In this document: one piece after another, positions 1 through 10,089 of the stretch
Layout: each line of letters begins with the position of its first letter
How positions within the stretch are numbered: the first letter of the stretch is position 1
Source: Methanofastidiosum sp.
GTDB taxonomy: Archaea; Methanobacteriota_B; Thermococci; Methanofastidiosales; Methanofastidiosaceae
Direction: 5' to 3'
DNA length: 64,000 nt
Assembly (NCBI GenBank): GCA_040771805.1
Contig: JAXGZJ010000001.1
Location: 1,295,961-1,359,960 of the forward strand
The notes under the pieces: model-generated
The model's database searches: none
What the model was told of the DNA's origin: nothing
What the model saw: the letters and a program-made list of their open reading frames with translations, nothing else
Made by a program: the position numbers and the translations under genes

Positions 1-113
1 TCTAGTTCATAGTATCTAAAGAAGTTAAAAATCTTATTATTTTGCAAAAACGAGTTTTTAGTCGTTTAGGGTAGCTTAATTAAAGTATATAATGCATTCT
101 AGAGGGGTTTTAA

Positions 114-403
114 AGTTTTAAAGAATAATATAATGATATTATTACCGAAGCTTCGAAAGAAATATGCGAATATATTAACAACTTACCAGAAGACAAAAAA
201 GATATTGTAATAGCGCTAAGAAACATTATTTTATCTAGAGATCCTAGCCTAAACGAATCATTAAAGTGGAAGCAGTCAGTTTATTCAAAGAAAGGAGACA
301 TATGCTACATTTTCCCACAGGTGGCTATATTAATCTAAGATTTTATGGGGCAGTAGAGCTTAAAGATCTTAAAAAATTATTTGAAAAATTGGAAAGAACA
401 TGA
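114..403 (+). pseudogene. Remnant of a DUF1801 (YdhG/YdeI-like) domain protein, frameshifted
   Basis: Hand translation gives ...EICEYINNLPEDKKDIVIALRNIILSRDPSLNESLKWKQSVYSKKGDICYIFPQVAILI* then continues in another frame (YINLRFYGAVELKDLKKLFEKLERT*). The only ATG (133) is in a third frame. Motifs resemble the DUF1801 core (LKW..PVY..KG.ICY...F...V.LGF..G..L). Confidence 0.4.
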
Positions 404-1349
404 AACATATCCAGATAACATCCCTAGAAAGGATTGATTAAGAATATTTTTTGGAATTGGTATCCGATGCCATTTCCAAAGATAACTAATAATTGCAATA
501 GATTTACATTATTATATTTTATAGTATATTGTTTTGAATAATAATTGCATTAATATTATTGCAAATATTATTCATTATTATATTATATGAAATATAGTTT
601 TATATAATTATTGCATTTATTACCTATTTATTTTTTTAGTTTATCATGAAGGGAAAAGTTTCCTAAACAAGTAAAAAATGGCATCAAAAATGTAGAAAAA
701 TAATTAATAGATCAATTAACGTTGCATCCTTCCAAGTATAGATGGTTTTTACATCTGTTGTTCTTTAGTATCTTTAGGAACCTATCCATTGGTAAAGAAG
801 GTCTAGAGGAAATCTGAACATCGTCTATTTTGGTAATTAAAAATTAGAATTATTAATTAGCGATAATAACTAAATATCATCATAGCTAAACAGTAATTAT
901 ATGAAAAATGTTAAATCATGATTGCAATAAATATTTAATTATATATTCTATATAATATATATTGTTACAAAATATTTTTTACGTTTAAAAACAGAGTGAT
1001 AAGGGAATTTAGTTGAATTATAATAAATTTAATTAATTAAATATAGACCAATTGGAACAATATAGTGTAAAATATATGTACTACATTAAAGAGTATTAAA
1101 AAATATATAAATATAGTTGATTTGTATATTATGGGATTTTTAAAGAGCTTCTAGTGCTTGTCTGAATCTACTTGTTTATCCAGGAAGTCAGTTTATACTG
1201 CAACTATATTATGAATGAAAATATGGTAATTTGGATTTGTATCGCCAATAGCCTTGGAAAAGAAAAAATTAATAATTAAATTATTAAATCTTGATTTATC
1301 CAACAACAAGTAATTTAAAACTAAAATAATTAACACCTATGTGGTCTAA

Positions 1350-2312
1350 ATGATTTCAACAAATAATCTGACAAAAAAATTTGAAAATTTGATAGCAGTC
1401 AATAATCTTAATTTAAACATTAATGAAGGTGAAATATTTGGCCTACTTGGACCAAACGGTGCAGGAAAAACGACTACAATTCTTATGTTAACAACATTAA
1501 AACTCCCAACATCCGGAACCGCCACTATTAACGGATATGACATAGTTAAAGATTCGGATAAAGTAAGAAAATCCATTGGGATAGTATTCCAAGACCCAAG
1601 TTCTGATGAGATATTGACTGGCTATGAAAATTTGAAACTCCATGGATGGCTCTACGATATGCCCGATAAGTTAAGAGAAGATCGAATTAAAGAGGTTCTT
1701 GAACTCGTTGACCTTACTGCTAGAAAAGATGATCTAGTTAAGAAGTACTCAGGAGGTATGAGGAGACGATTAGAGTTAGCAAGAGGGCTTATGCACCATC
1801 CAAAAGTCTTATTTTTGGATGAGCCTACACTAGGCCTAGATCCACAATCACGAGATTATATATGGTCATATATAGAAAAATTAGCAAAGGAAGAGAAAAT
1901 TACTATTGTCCTAACTACCCATTATATGGATGAAGCTGACAAACTTTGTGATAGACTTGCAATAATAGATTACGGTAAGATTATTGTTTTAGGAACGCCA
2001 GAGGAGTTAAAGAAAGAGCTAGGCGGGGATATCATCAAATTAAAAGCGAATAATTTAAATATTGAATCACTAAAAAGACTAAATTATATAAAAAATATTG
2101 CTGTTTCAGATGGTGAAGTATGTTTAACGGTTGAAGACGCCAATAAGCACGTCCAAGATATTTTAAGTATTGTTGGAAAAGTTAAATCCACTGAAATACG
2201 TTCACCCACTCTTGATGATGTATTTATTCATTATACGGGAAGAGGAATGCGAGAAAGCTCCCCGGAAGGCGGGTGGGCTGAAAAGGCTATGCATGCGAGG
2301 ATAAAAAAATGA
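1350..2312 (+). CDS. ABC transporter ATP-binding protein (ABC-2/DrrA-like exporter ATPase)
   Basis: Walker A GPNGAGKTT, signature LSGGMRRRLELA, Walker B LFLDEPT. The ATGA overlap with the downstream permease indicates translational coupling. Confidence 0.9.
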   Translation: MISTNNLTKKFENLIAVNNLNLNINEGEIFGLLGPNGAGKTTTILMLTTLKLPTSGTATINGYDIVKDSDKVRKSIGIVFQDPSSDEILTGYENLKLHGWLYDMPDKLREDRIKEVLELVDLTARKDDLVKKYSGGMRRRLELARGLMHHPKVLFLDEPTLGLDPQSRDYIWSYIEKLAKEEKITIVLTTHYMDEADKLCDRLAIIDYGKIIVLGTPEELKKELGGDIIKLKANNLNIESLKRLNYIKNIAVSDGEVCLTVEDANKHVQDILSIVGKVKSTEIRSPTLDDVFIHYTGRGMRESSPEGGWAEKAMHARIKK

Positions 2313-3091
2313 GCGAATTAAAAGGGATATATGCGCTTTGGTATAGGGAAATAAAGGTATTCTCAAGAGAACGGTCAAGAATTATCTCCTCAATTGTGAA
2401 TCCGATTCTATGGCTTTTAGTCATAGGTGGGGGACTTGGATCTGCAGTTTCATTCAAGGGAATATTTCAAGAAATTGATTATCAGTCATTTATTTACCCG
2501 GGCATTCTTGTTCAAACAGCCTTGTTTTCATCGGTATTCTTTGGGGTATATATTGTATGGGACAAAAAAATTGACTTTATGAAAGAAGTATTAGTTTCAC
2601 CTTTGAGGCGAACATCTTTATTTATCGGAAAAGTGCTTGGAGGGTCTACAGACACTTTAATTCAAATAGTAATTCTAATTTGTATTGGTTTTGTCTTCAT
2701 ATCAATTGGGATAATGCCTAAACTAACTCTAAATATTATTTCTATTCTTATTTCGCTTATTTTTTTGTTTGTTACAACTACTGCGCTTGTAAGTATTGGA
2801 CTTATTATAGGATCTCAAATGGAGAGCCCTGAAGGATTCCAATTAATCAGTAGTTTTCTTATTTTTCCACTATTTTTTTTATCTGGAGCACTATTCCCAA
2901 TAAGTAATTTACCTCCTTGGCTATCACCATTTATTTTTATTAATCCAATCACTTATGCTGTGGATGGTATAAGGGGGGCCATGATTGGAATATCCCAGTT
3001 CAGCCTTGCTTTTGATTTTTTTGTTATAAGCATGTTTGCATTCATAATGATTCTCTTAGGTACTTATGCATTCAAGAAAATGAAAATATAG
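2309..3091 (+). CDS. ABC-2 type transporter permease
   Basis: 260 aa with six predicted TM helices, directly coupled to the ABC ATPase. Confidence 0.85.
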   Translation: MSELKGIYALWYREIKVFSRERSRIISSIVNPILWLLVIGGGLGSAVSFKGIFQEIDYQSFIYPGILVQTALFSSVFFGVYIVWDKKIDFMKEVLVSPLRRTSLFIGKVLGGSTDTLIQIVILICIGFVFISIGIMPKLTLNIISILISLIFLFVTTTALVSIGLIIGSQMESPEGFQLISSFLIFPLFFLSGALFPISNLPPWLSPFIFINPITYAVDGIRGAMIGISQFSLAFDFFVISMFAFIMILLGTYAFKKMKI

Positions 3092-3126
3092 TTTTAAGAA
3101 TCCAAAGTGATATAAGTTAGAGTTTA

Positions 3127-3762
3127 TTGATTTTTAATATGGTAAATATTCTCCAGAATATTCTCTTAGGAATTTCATTAGCAGCACCAGTTGGACCTGT
3201 TACAATTGAAGCAATTAAAAGAGGGCTTAATAGTGGATTTTCTCCTGCATTTATTTTAAGTCTAGGGGCAGCGTCTGCAGATGCCACTTATCTTATCTTA
3301 ATTTATTTGGGATTATCAAACTTTATCCATATTCCTATAATTAAAGGGTCAATATGGGTGTTTGGAGGCATAGTCTTGATGTATTTGGGAGTTCTAAGTA
3401 TTAAAAAATACTACCAAAAAATTAATTTAAAAGGACCCAGTAATTATTTGAACAGAAACTCATATTTTACTGGTTACATATTAAATATCACAAATCCTAT
3501 GACAATTATTTGGTGGGTAGGTATTTTTGGATCAATACTTGGAACTTCTATACAAAATTATTCTAAAATTGTTGCATTATTACATAGCTTATCCATATTA
3601 TTTGGTGTTATAATTTGGTCTTTTTTACTTTCTGCGTCACTCCATTGGGGGAAAAAAATCATAAATGAAAATAGTTTGAGATATATTTCTTTGATTTCGG
3701 GGATGGTACTTATTGCGTTTGGAGTATATTTTGAATATAATGCGATCACTTCTTTATTGTAA
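3127..3762 (+). CDS. LysE/RhtB family amino-acid exporter
   Basis: The N-terminal motif ...LLGISLAAPVGPV... and the 6-TM topology are typical of LysE/YggA translocators. Confidence 0.7.
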   Translation: MIFNMVNILQNILLGISLAAPVGPVTIEAIKRGLNSGFSPAFILSLGAASADATYLILIYLGLSNFIHIPIIKGSIWVFGGIVLMYLGVLSIKKYYQKINLKGPSNYLNRNSYFTGYILNITNPMTIIWWVGIFGSILGTSIQNYSKIVALLHSLSILFGVIIWSFLLSASLHWGKKIINENSLRYISLISGMVLIAFGVYFEYNAITSLL

Positions 3763-3832
3763 AATCATATTTTACGGTACATTTAATAAAAATGATTAAA
3801 ATACGGGCTTCATATTTTTTTATGCCAGCCCA

Positions 3833-4447
3833 TTATTTTTTCAATAATATCCAAAATCCAAAATCTTCGTTTATTATCTCATAAATCGGAATTTTTGCTT
3901 CTTTAAGTATTCTTTCCATCTTAGAAGCATCGTCATTTTCGAGCCTCTTCTTACGATTCTCATCCCACATCGGATCTATTTCTTCCATTTTTTTCTTCAC
4001 TTCTTCAAATAATTCAGCTGTTCCAAAACCGCATCCTATATAAGCCATTCCATTTGGTTTTAGGACGCGATATATTTCTTTAAACACTTTTGTTTGATCA
4101 TTCCAGAAAAACATAGATCCACGGCTAACGATTAAATCAGCAAAATTATCTTCAAATGGCATAGACTCCGCATCATTTAGCATTGGCTTAATCCTATTTG
4201 ACAGGCCCTCAGTTTCTATTTTATCTTTTAGGAGTTCAATTGCTTTAGTCGATATGTCCAATGCATAAATATTAAGATCAGTTATTTTTGCAAGCATAAG
4301 GGATAGTGGTCCTGAGCCACATCCAACATCTATACAGTTTCCACTTGTTATCTGACATTTATTAATTATTTGTTTTGCAATTACTGGGTATATTGGAGCA
4401 AATGCACCTTTCACAATTTTTTCAAAATCGTCTTCAAATCCTGCCAT
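3833..4447 (-). CDS. Class I SAM-dependent methyltransferase
   Basis: Motif I IDVGCGSGPLSLMLAK and motif post-I/II VLKPNG are present. Confidence 0.8.
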   Translation of the reverse strand: MAGFEDDFEKIVKGAFAPIYPVIAKQIINKCQITSGNCIDVGCGSGPLSLMLAKITDLNIYALDISTKAIELLKDKIETEGLSNRIKPMLNDAESMPFEDNFADLIVSRGSMFFWNDQTKVFKEIYRVLKPNGMAYIGCGFGTAELFEEVKKKMEEIDPMWDENRKKRLENDDASKMERILKEAKIPIYEIINEDFGFWILLKK

Positions 4448-4670
4448 AATAATCCTCTTGAATAGTATATTGTTTTACCATATGCTCATTTATTCATAAC
4501 GAAATAATTTATAATGTTATTGGTATGATGGAGATTATTATATTATCTGCTTATTTGATAATTTTCTAAATTCATCTGCTTAATTTGTCTATTTTACTTA
4601 AAATAAATAAATTAAGTTGGATATTTAAATTGAAAATTTAAGAAAATAATATAAAAAAATAACTAGAAAA

Positions 4671-4976
4671 TCAGCAATCCCAATCAAATACTCCGGATTC
4701 TGGGCCTGTTCTTTTATTTGTAAAATAATTCCACTGTAGTCTAACTTCATTTTTTATTTCGTATTCCTTCAGTTTGTCAATAAGATCTAAGTACCCTCTG
4801 GCATCAAGTGTAGTTATTCTAAAATTTGTACTTGAATCATACATTCCATAGGCAATTACCGGACCATTTCTACATAATTCACGTATATACACCTGTTTTA
4901 AAGGCGCCGCACTTGCAAAACCTACTGTTCCAAATAGAAACATCAACCCTAAGATTCCTACTAAAATCTTTCTCAT
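4671..4976 (-). CDS. Small secreted hypothetical protein
   Basis: N-terminal signal peptide MRKILVGILGLMFLFGTVGFASA. No recognisable domain. Confidence 0.5.
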   Translation of the reverse strand: MRKILVGILGLMFLFGTVGFASAAPLKQVYIRELCRNGPVIAYGMYDSSTNFRITTLDARGYLDLIDKLKEYEIKNEVRLQWNYFTNKRTGPESGVFDWDC

Positions 4977-5015
4977 ATTAATCCTCCAATTAAATCCAAT
5001 TATATTTTATCGTTT

Positions 5016-5029
5016 ACATTTATAAATGT
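5016..5029. promoter_or_regulatory. Perfect 14-bp palindrome ACATTTATAAATGT containing a TATA box
   Basis: It lies in the divergent intergenic region between 4976 (-) and 5164 (+). Confidence 0.3.
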
Positions 5030-5163
5030 ATAGATATAAAATAGATGTTGTTTAGATTTTTTAGAAATAGATTATTTGATTGAGCACAATAGCTACAAAA
5101 TATTTTGAAGTTAATCGTAATGTTTAAAAGATATCTGAGGATAAGGGTGGTAGAGGTGGGCAT

Positions 5164-5595
5164 ATGGATATAAAAAAAAGAGCAGGACTATTTGTTGTCT
5201 TTGGAATATTGATTTCCAGTTTAAGTCTTGGATGTATTGATAGCGGAAAAAATCTTGAAGGCACTTCTTGGAATTTAGAATCATACCTTAATAATGAAGG
5301 AAATCTTACAAATCTAATACCAGATACTAAATCAACTATTGCCTTCGATAAAGAAAAGATATCAGGAAATTCTGGTTGTAATGGCTTTTTCTCTATCTAC
5401 GAAGTTAAAGGTAGTTCAATCAAATTAGGAGCAATTGGCAGCACTTTAATGTATTGTGCAACACCAGGGGTCATGGAGCAAGAACAAACAATACTTATGA
5501 GGCTCGACACAATAAAATCCTATAAAATTGAGGGCAATAAATTAAGCTTTATAGATGAAAATAATAAAGTAGTATTGGTATACTCAAAAACTTAA
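5164..5595 (+). CDS. META domain (HslJ-like) lipoprotein
   Basis: Signal peptide plus lipobox LSLGC. META-domain motifs LEGTSWNL, GNSGCNGFF and MYCATPGVMEQEQ are present. SD GAGGTG lies 6 nt upstream. A paralogue is at 58563-58988. Confidence 0.7.
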   Translation: MDIKKRAGLFVVFGILISSLSLGCIDSGKNLEGTSWNLESYLNNEGNLTNLIPDTKSTIAFDKEKISGNSGCNGFFSIYEVKGSSIKLGAIGSTLMYCATPGVMEQEQTILMRLDTIKSYKIEGNKLSFIDENNKVVLVYSKT

Positions 5596-5698
5596 CTAAA
5601 TTCAAGGTTAATTCTCTTTTAGAGATGACCTTTAAAATTTCTTTTATTTATTTTATTAATTGAATTAGTATAAAAAAAATGAAAATTGTTAAACTTAA

Positions 5699-6142
5699 TC
5701 AGAAGACTCTATATGTGAATTTGTACCCATTTTGTCGTGATTTTGATTCAAACTCTTTTCTTATAGCCCTAAACTCAAAATTGTATTGATATTTTTTATC
5801 AAAAAGTCTTGATTGTTCTTCTATGTTCCCTGTTCTTGAACCTGACATAGTATTGTAGGATTCTTTTTTAAATCCGAATCCAGGACTAATATCGTTATCA
5901 ATTCTACCAGAAGACATACCGGCACCAGATTCTTTTAACATCTCTGTAAAAATAATTTCTTTATTTATATCATCAACTTTAAACTTTGCCGAGTAAACTA
6001 GTTTTTGTTTTGAAAGAAAAGCCTTTCTTTCAGCTACTATTACTTCAAATTTGTAAATACCATTCTTTTCGCTAATTTTGGCAGGAATTTTTGATACAAT
6101 ACTTCGAAGTTCATTAGCAATTGGCATAATCTTCTTTTCCAA
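5699..6142 (-). CDS. Hypothetical protein
   Basis: 147-aa ORF with no recognisable motif. It fits the gene spacing. Confidence 0.4.
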   Translation of the reverse strand: MEKKIMPIANELRSIVSKIPAKISEKNGIYKFEVIVAERKAFLSKQKLVYSAKFKVDDINKEIIFTEMLKESGAGMSSGRIDNDISPGFGFKKESYNTMSGSRTGNIEEQSRLFDKKYQYNFEFRAIRKEFESKSRQNGYKFTYRVF

Positions 6143-6269
6143 TCCCTTCTAGTTACTATTGGTAACATATATGTAAAATGTTAGGACATATATAACAATT
6201 TGCTTAGATTAATTAAAATCTTCAATATTTTTATAAACTATACTGGGATTATTTCACAGGGGATGTCAA

Positions 6270-6626
6270 ATGGAGTTTATTGATGAAAAGGATGAATATA
6301 GTAAATGGGAATTAGATACACAAGCTTATGTTGAAACTTATACTAAAAAAATAGTTTTAACTGGTAAAGATAAAATAGAGTATATTTATAGACTTTCATT
6401 GATATCGGATGAAAACTCTTGTAAAAGGTGTGGCGGTATTAGATTTAGTTACCTTGTTGAAGTTTGGGATGATCTAAGTGGCTGGATTCCCTTACCTGAA
6501 TATGACGGTAACTATTACTGTTCAAATCATTCATGTGATGAAGATGGATTAAAACCTGTGGAATTTGAAAAACTATTCAGATCGATTCAAAAAAAGGCTC
6601 AAAGAATTGATTTAGATAAAATATAA
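6270..6626 (+). CDS. Hypothetical Cys-containing protein
   Basis: 118 aa with a CKRCGG...C..HSC cysteine pattern. No family recognised. Confidence 0.4.
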   Translation: MEFIDEKDEYSKWELDTQAYVETYTKKIVLTGKDKIEYIYRLSLISDENSCKRCGGIRFSYLVEVWDDLSGWIPLPEYDGNYYCSNHSCDEDGLKPVEFEKLFRSIQKKAQRIDLDKI

Positions 6627-6878
6627 TAATTTCGCTATATTTTAGAATTCCTCTTTTCTAAATATTTTATTGCTATACCCACTCCAAAACTATCTAGTGA
6701 TAATTCTAAGATCTCAAAGTCTTATTTTTAATTCTAACATGTATACCTATTGTAGATAGTTATTACATTAATCTTAAAAGGTAATCACGCTTATCGCAAA
6801 CATTACTAATGGGTAATTATGATTAATAATTTTTTATTATATCATAAGTACCTATTGAGTTAATTGGAGGTTATATAA

Positions 6879-8150
6879 ATGAATGAAAAAACATCTTCAG
6901 GAGAACCATTTGGTAATCGGTGGACAATTGTAATTGTGGGCATAATGTTGCATCTTTGTTTTGGATCTATTTATGCATATGGAGTTCTTAGGAATCCGTT
7001 ACTTGACCACTTTAAATCTTTAGGACTAAATCCCTCTGCTATGGATATGACGTGGCCATTTATAGTATTTTTGACTTTTTTTGCATTATTCATGCCTTTA
7101 GCTGGACCATATATTAAGACAATGGGACCTAAGAAAGTATGTATGATTGGTGGAGTTCTTTGCGGAATAGGGTGGCTTGCAGCCTCATTTGCATCTTCAC
7201 CTCTAATGCTTATCCCACTGTATGGAATTATTGGTGGTATAGGTGTCGGAATTGCATATGGAGCACCTATAACAACCTCTGCCCAATGGTTCCCAGACAA
7301 ACGCGGACTTGCCGTGGGATTGACGGTATTGGGATTTGGATTCTCTTCTGCCATCATAACTTATATGACAAGATTTCTTTTAGGAAATGGATGGGGAATA
7401 ATGAACATTCTCCGGATGTTTGGCATAGTATTCATTGTATTAAGTATAGTACTATCTATGATGCTTAGATTACCTTCAAGTGGGTGGAAACCTTCACGTA
7501 TGACGACTACCATTTCAAGTGATCCTGTTAAGATTGATTTTATGAGAGAACAGATGATTGGCACTTCAGCTTTTAAAGGATTATGGATTTGCTATACAAT
7601 AGGGGCATTAGCTGGCTTAACCGCCATTGGAATCGCTGGCCCCGTCGGGAAAGAGGTATTTATCAACGCAGGTATGAGTAACGATGCAGCAAACAATCTT
7701 ATATTTGCTTTAATACTGCCTTTTGCCATATTTAATGGATTAGGTAGACCAATTTTTGGCGTTCTTACAGATAAACTTTCACCAAAGAGAACAGCCATAA
7801 TAACTTACGTTTTAATAATTCTAGCTTGTTTGACAATCTACATTGGATATAGCAGTATATTGGCATACATCATAAGTTTTTGCATTCTTTGGGGATGTTT
7901 AGGGGGGTGGTTAGCAATTGCCCCTACTGCAACTGCAAGCTATTTTGGAATGAGAGACAATGCCAGAAACTATGGTGTAGTATATACTGCATATGGGGCC
8001 GGTGCAATCATTGGTGGCATCGTTTCTGCGCAGGCAAAAGATATACTAGGAGCTTTCCAGCCCTTTTTCTTAATCGTGGCCGGATTAGCAGTTTTAGGTA
8101 TTATCCTTGCCTTGGGATTATTAAAGCCACCGACTATGAAATCAAAATAA
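6879..8150 (+). CDS. MFS transporter (oxalate/formate antiporter-like)
   Basis: 12-TM MFS topology. The N-terminus ...IVIVGIMLHLCFGSIYAYGV... is OFA-like. A perfect SD GGAGGT lies upstream. Confidence 0.8.
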   Translation: MNEKTSSGEPFGNRWTIVIVGIMLHLCFGSIYAYGVLRNPLLDHFKSLGLNPSAMDMTWPFIVFLTFFALFMPLAGPYIKTMGPKKVCMIGGVLCGIGWLAASFASSPLMLIPLYGIIGGIGVGIAYGAPITTSAQWFPDKRGLAVGLTVLGFGFSSAIITYMTRFLLGNGWGIMNILRMFGIVFIVLSIVLSMMLRLPSSGWKPSRMTTTISSDPVKIDFMREQMIGTSAFKGLWICYTIGALAGLTAIGIAGPVGKEVFINAGMSNDAANNLIFALILPFAIFNGLGRPIFGVLTDKLSPKRTAIITYVLIILACLTIYIGYSSILAYIISFCILWGCLGGWLAIAPTATASYFGMRDNARNYGVVYTAYGAGAIIGGIVSAQAKDILGAFQPFFLIVAGLAVLGIILALGLLKPPTMKSK

Positions 8151-8190
8151 ATTTATTTTTTCCTTTTTTTAGTTTTTACTTTGAAAAAAT
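8151..8190 (+). terminator. T-rich tract after MFS gene (archaeal intrinsic terminator candidate)
   Basis: ATTTATTTTTTCCTTTTTTTTAGTTTTTAC lies immediately after the stop codon. Confidence 0.3.
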
Positions 8191-8234
8191 AGGGGTTAAA
8201 TTACCCTCTTAGCTTATTAAATGATTCTTGGATA

Positions 8235-8627
8235 TTATAAAGGTAGTCCTGCTTTTTCGTCTGATGTTGAGTAAAAAATATCGGTCACTCTGATTAATAA
8301 AGCTCCTTTTGCTGGGAATCTATCTCCTCTAGTCTTCATCCACTTTTTAGCTTCTTCATATATTGGCCCACTTGTTAGATATTCACATTTCCCTTTAATT
8401 TGATATGCTTCTTTGTCTCTTATAACTACAATTGCAACTCTTGGATTTTCAAGAATATTCTTTAATGTTTTTTTCATGAAGTTGTCAACAATAATTATTG
8501 TTTCATCATCCAATGTGTATTTTGCACCCACATAAGAGCAATTTGGCTCTCCGTCTTTTGATGCTGTTGCGAGTTGGTGCATTCTTTCTTTATCAATAAT
8601 ATCTCTAATATTTGCAGGAATTTTCAT
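8235..8627 (-). CDS. Pyridoxamine 5'-phosphate oxidase-like FMN-binding split-barrel protein
   Basis: 130 aa. The PNPOx-like pattern (..HQLATASKDGEPNCSYVGAKY.. ..VAIVVIRDKEAYQIKG..) matches small flavin/F420-binding split-barrel proteins. Confidence 0.65.
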   Translation of the reverse strand: MKIPANIRDIIDKERMHQLATASKDGEPNCSYVGAKYTLDDETIIIVDNFMKKTLKNILENPRVAIVVIRDKEAYQIKGKCEYLTSGPIYEEAKKWMKTRGDRFPAKGALLIRVTDIFYSTSDEKAGLPL

Positions 8628-8823
8628 AATACCACGAAATTCTTAAATAAATCTCATATATAAATACTTCTAAAATGCCCGAACTACCATATTGGCAATA
8701 AATATGGTAAAAATATTCTTTAACTTAATCCATAGGCAGCCTTATGATTACTACTAATTCGATGAAGGATTTTTAGAAAGATAAATCTTCTAACTACAAA
8801 TCATCTTAAGGACAAATATACTA

Positions 8824-9210
8824 TTATCTACTTAATAGTACCAAGAAAAGCCCAATTCCGAAAATCAAGAAAATCATACTAGCAATCAAAAGATTTTTCA
8901 TCATTTTTAATTGACCCATAGTTTTAGGTTTACTTAATCCACCAAAAGATATGGCCATCGATAATCCAATTCCTATTCCTGCAGGTATGCCTAAAATATA
9001 ATTTTTAAATACAACATGCCCATATGCTGCACCAAGTATTGTTCCAACAGCAAGCCAAAGTTTCATTAGGTTAGTAAATTCTACTCTTTCTGGAGATAAG
9101 GCTTCCTTATCTTCTTTTATCGAGATTTTCAATAAAGAGAACAAAATATATACTCCCATTACTATAACTATTGCACCAATTATTAATGATATATTAGATA
9201 TACTTGCCAT
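8824..9210 (-). CDS. Hypothetical membrane protein
   Basis: 128 aa with 3-4 predicted TM helices. Confidence 0.5.
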   Translation of the reverse strand: MASISNISLIIGAIVIVMGVYILFSLLKISIKEDKEALSPERVEFTNLMKLWLAVGTILGAAYGHVVFKNYILGIPAGIGIGLSMAISFGGLSKPKTMGQLKMMKNLLIASMIFLIFGIGLFLVLLSR

Positions 9211-9310
9211 AGTACGATTTAGACATAGTTTTTTAAAAGAGTATTGCTAAATCTAAGAAAAATTAAGCCTACATGAAAAACTATATAAATACAATAAAAT
9301 AAGATTAAGC

Positions 9311-9922
9311 ATGGATAATAGTAGAATTATTAGTTTAATTGGAGGTATTGTCTTAATTGTTTCTGCCTTTTTACCATTTTATTATTTTATAGATGGCATA
9401 TATTCGCTTTTTCAAATTACACTAGCAGTTCTTACAAATTTTACCAATAACTCAGTAATGCAGAATTTTCTATTGCAAGTGAATCCTTCTTATGGTATGG
9501 CTGCCATGATTTTAGCTTTGATAGTAGCGGGTTTCATGTTACTTTCTATTGGAGGGCTAATTGCCATTTTTAGGAAAGCAGGTGGATCTATCGCTGGACC
9601 AGCAGGAATGATTGTTCTTACAATAGCAGGTTTTCTTTATTTCAAAAATTTATCTATCGGATTATTATCCATAGGATTCTATACAGGATGGCTTGGAGCA
9701 ATTATGTGCATTATAGGCGGAGTTATTTCTCCGAACAAAGATAAAACTAAAATTAATGTATCAGTTAGTCAACAACAAAATGTAACAACTGGTAACTCCC
9801 CATATACGATTACCTCTCCTGAAAATATACAACAAAACAAAGATGCAAAATTTTGTAATAAATGTGGGCATCAAAATAAGAGCGATACTTCTTTTTGCGC
9901 TAACTGTGGAAATAAACTCTAA
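9311..9922 (+). CDS. Membrane protein with C-terminal zinc ribbon
   Basis: Four TM helices followed by CNKCGHQNKSDTSFCANCGNKL. Confidence 0.55.
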   Translation: MDNSRIISLIGGIVLIVSAFLPFYYFIDGIYSLFQITLAVLTNFTNNSVMQNFLLQVNPSYGMAAMILALIVAGFMLLSIGGLIAIFRKAGGSIAGPAGMIVLTIAGFLYFKNLSIGLLSIGFYTGWLGAIMCIIGGVISPNKDKTKINVSVSQQQNVTTGNSPYTITSPENIQQNKDAKFCNKCGHQNKSDTSFCANCGNKL

Positions 9923-9966
9923 CTTTAATTTTTTTATATCGATTTAGAAAGATTAAAAATAATTTA

Positions 9967-9987
9967 TGCTTATCCTATAGATAAGCA
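9967..9987. promoter_or_regulatory. Perfect palindrome TGCTTATC-ctata-GATAAGCA
   Basis: 8-bp inverted repeat with a 5-bp spacer in the intergenic region upstream of the amino-acid ABC operon. Confidence 0.3.
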
Positions 9988-10089
9988 GTATAAAGCTCTA
10001 CCCTTATTATTTTACGAATTTCGTTAAATATTAATGAATAATAGTAATCAAGGGAAACATTTATTAGTAATTAAAATTACTTTTTAACA

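Noticed and set aside
486-501. Exact 16-mer shared with 62117-62132 as evidence of a mobile element or duplication
   Set aside because: In a 64-kb, ~70% AT sequence roughly ten chance 16-mer coincidences are expected, and there is no extended flanking similarity. Kept only as a minor note within finding 1-1349.
481-960. Possible CRISPR-like array from repeated ATTATTGCA motifs
   Set aside because: Repeats are short (8-9 nt), irregularly spaced (24-309 bp) and not flanked by cas genes. More consistent with AT-rich binding-site-like motifs.
1346-1576. Antisense or shadow ORFs inside confidently assigned genes (e.g. 1346-1576-, 3558-3749-, 6971-7357-, 7139-7468+, 7592-7798-, 10356-10658-, 11837-12280-, 13613-14044-, 14531-15055-, 21911-22414+, 22826-23173+, 27945-28310+, 31763-32071+, 43761-44360+, 53895-54212-, 60856-61227-, 63205-63423-)
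   Set aside because: They overlap, in opposite or alternative frames, genes with strong family motifs. They have low-complexity composition typical of AT-rich shadow frames and no motifs of their own.
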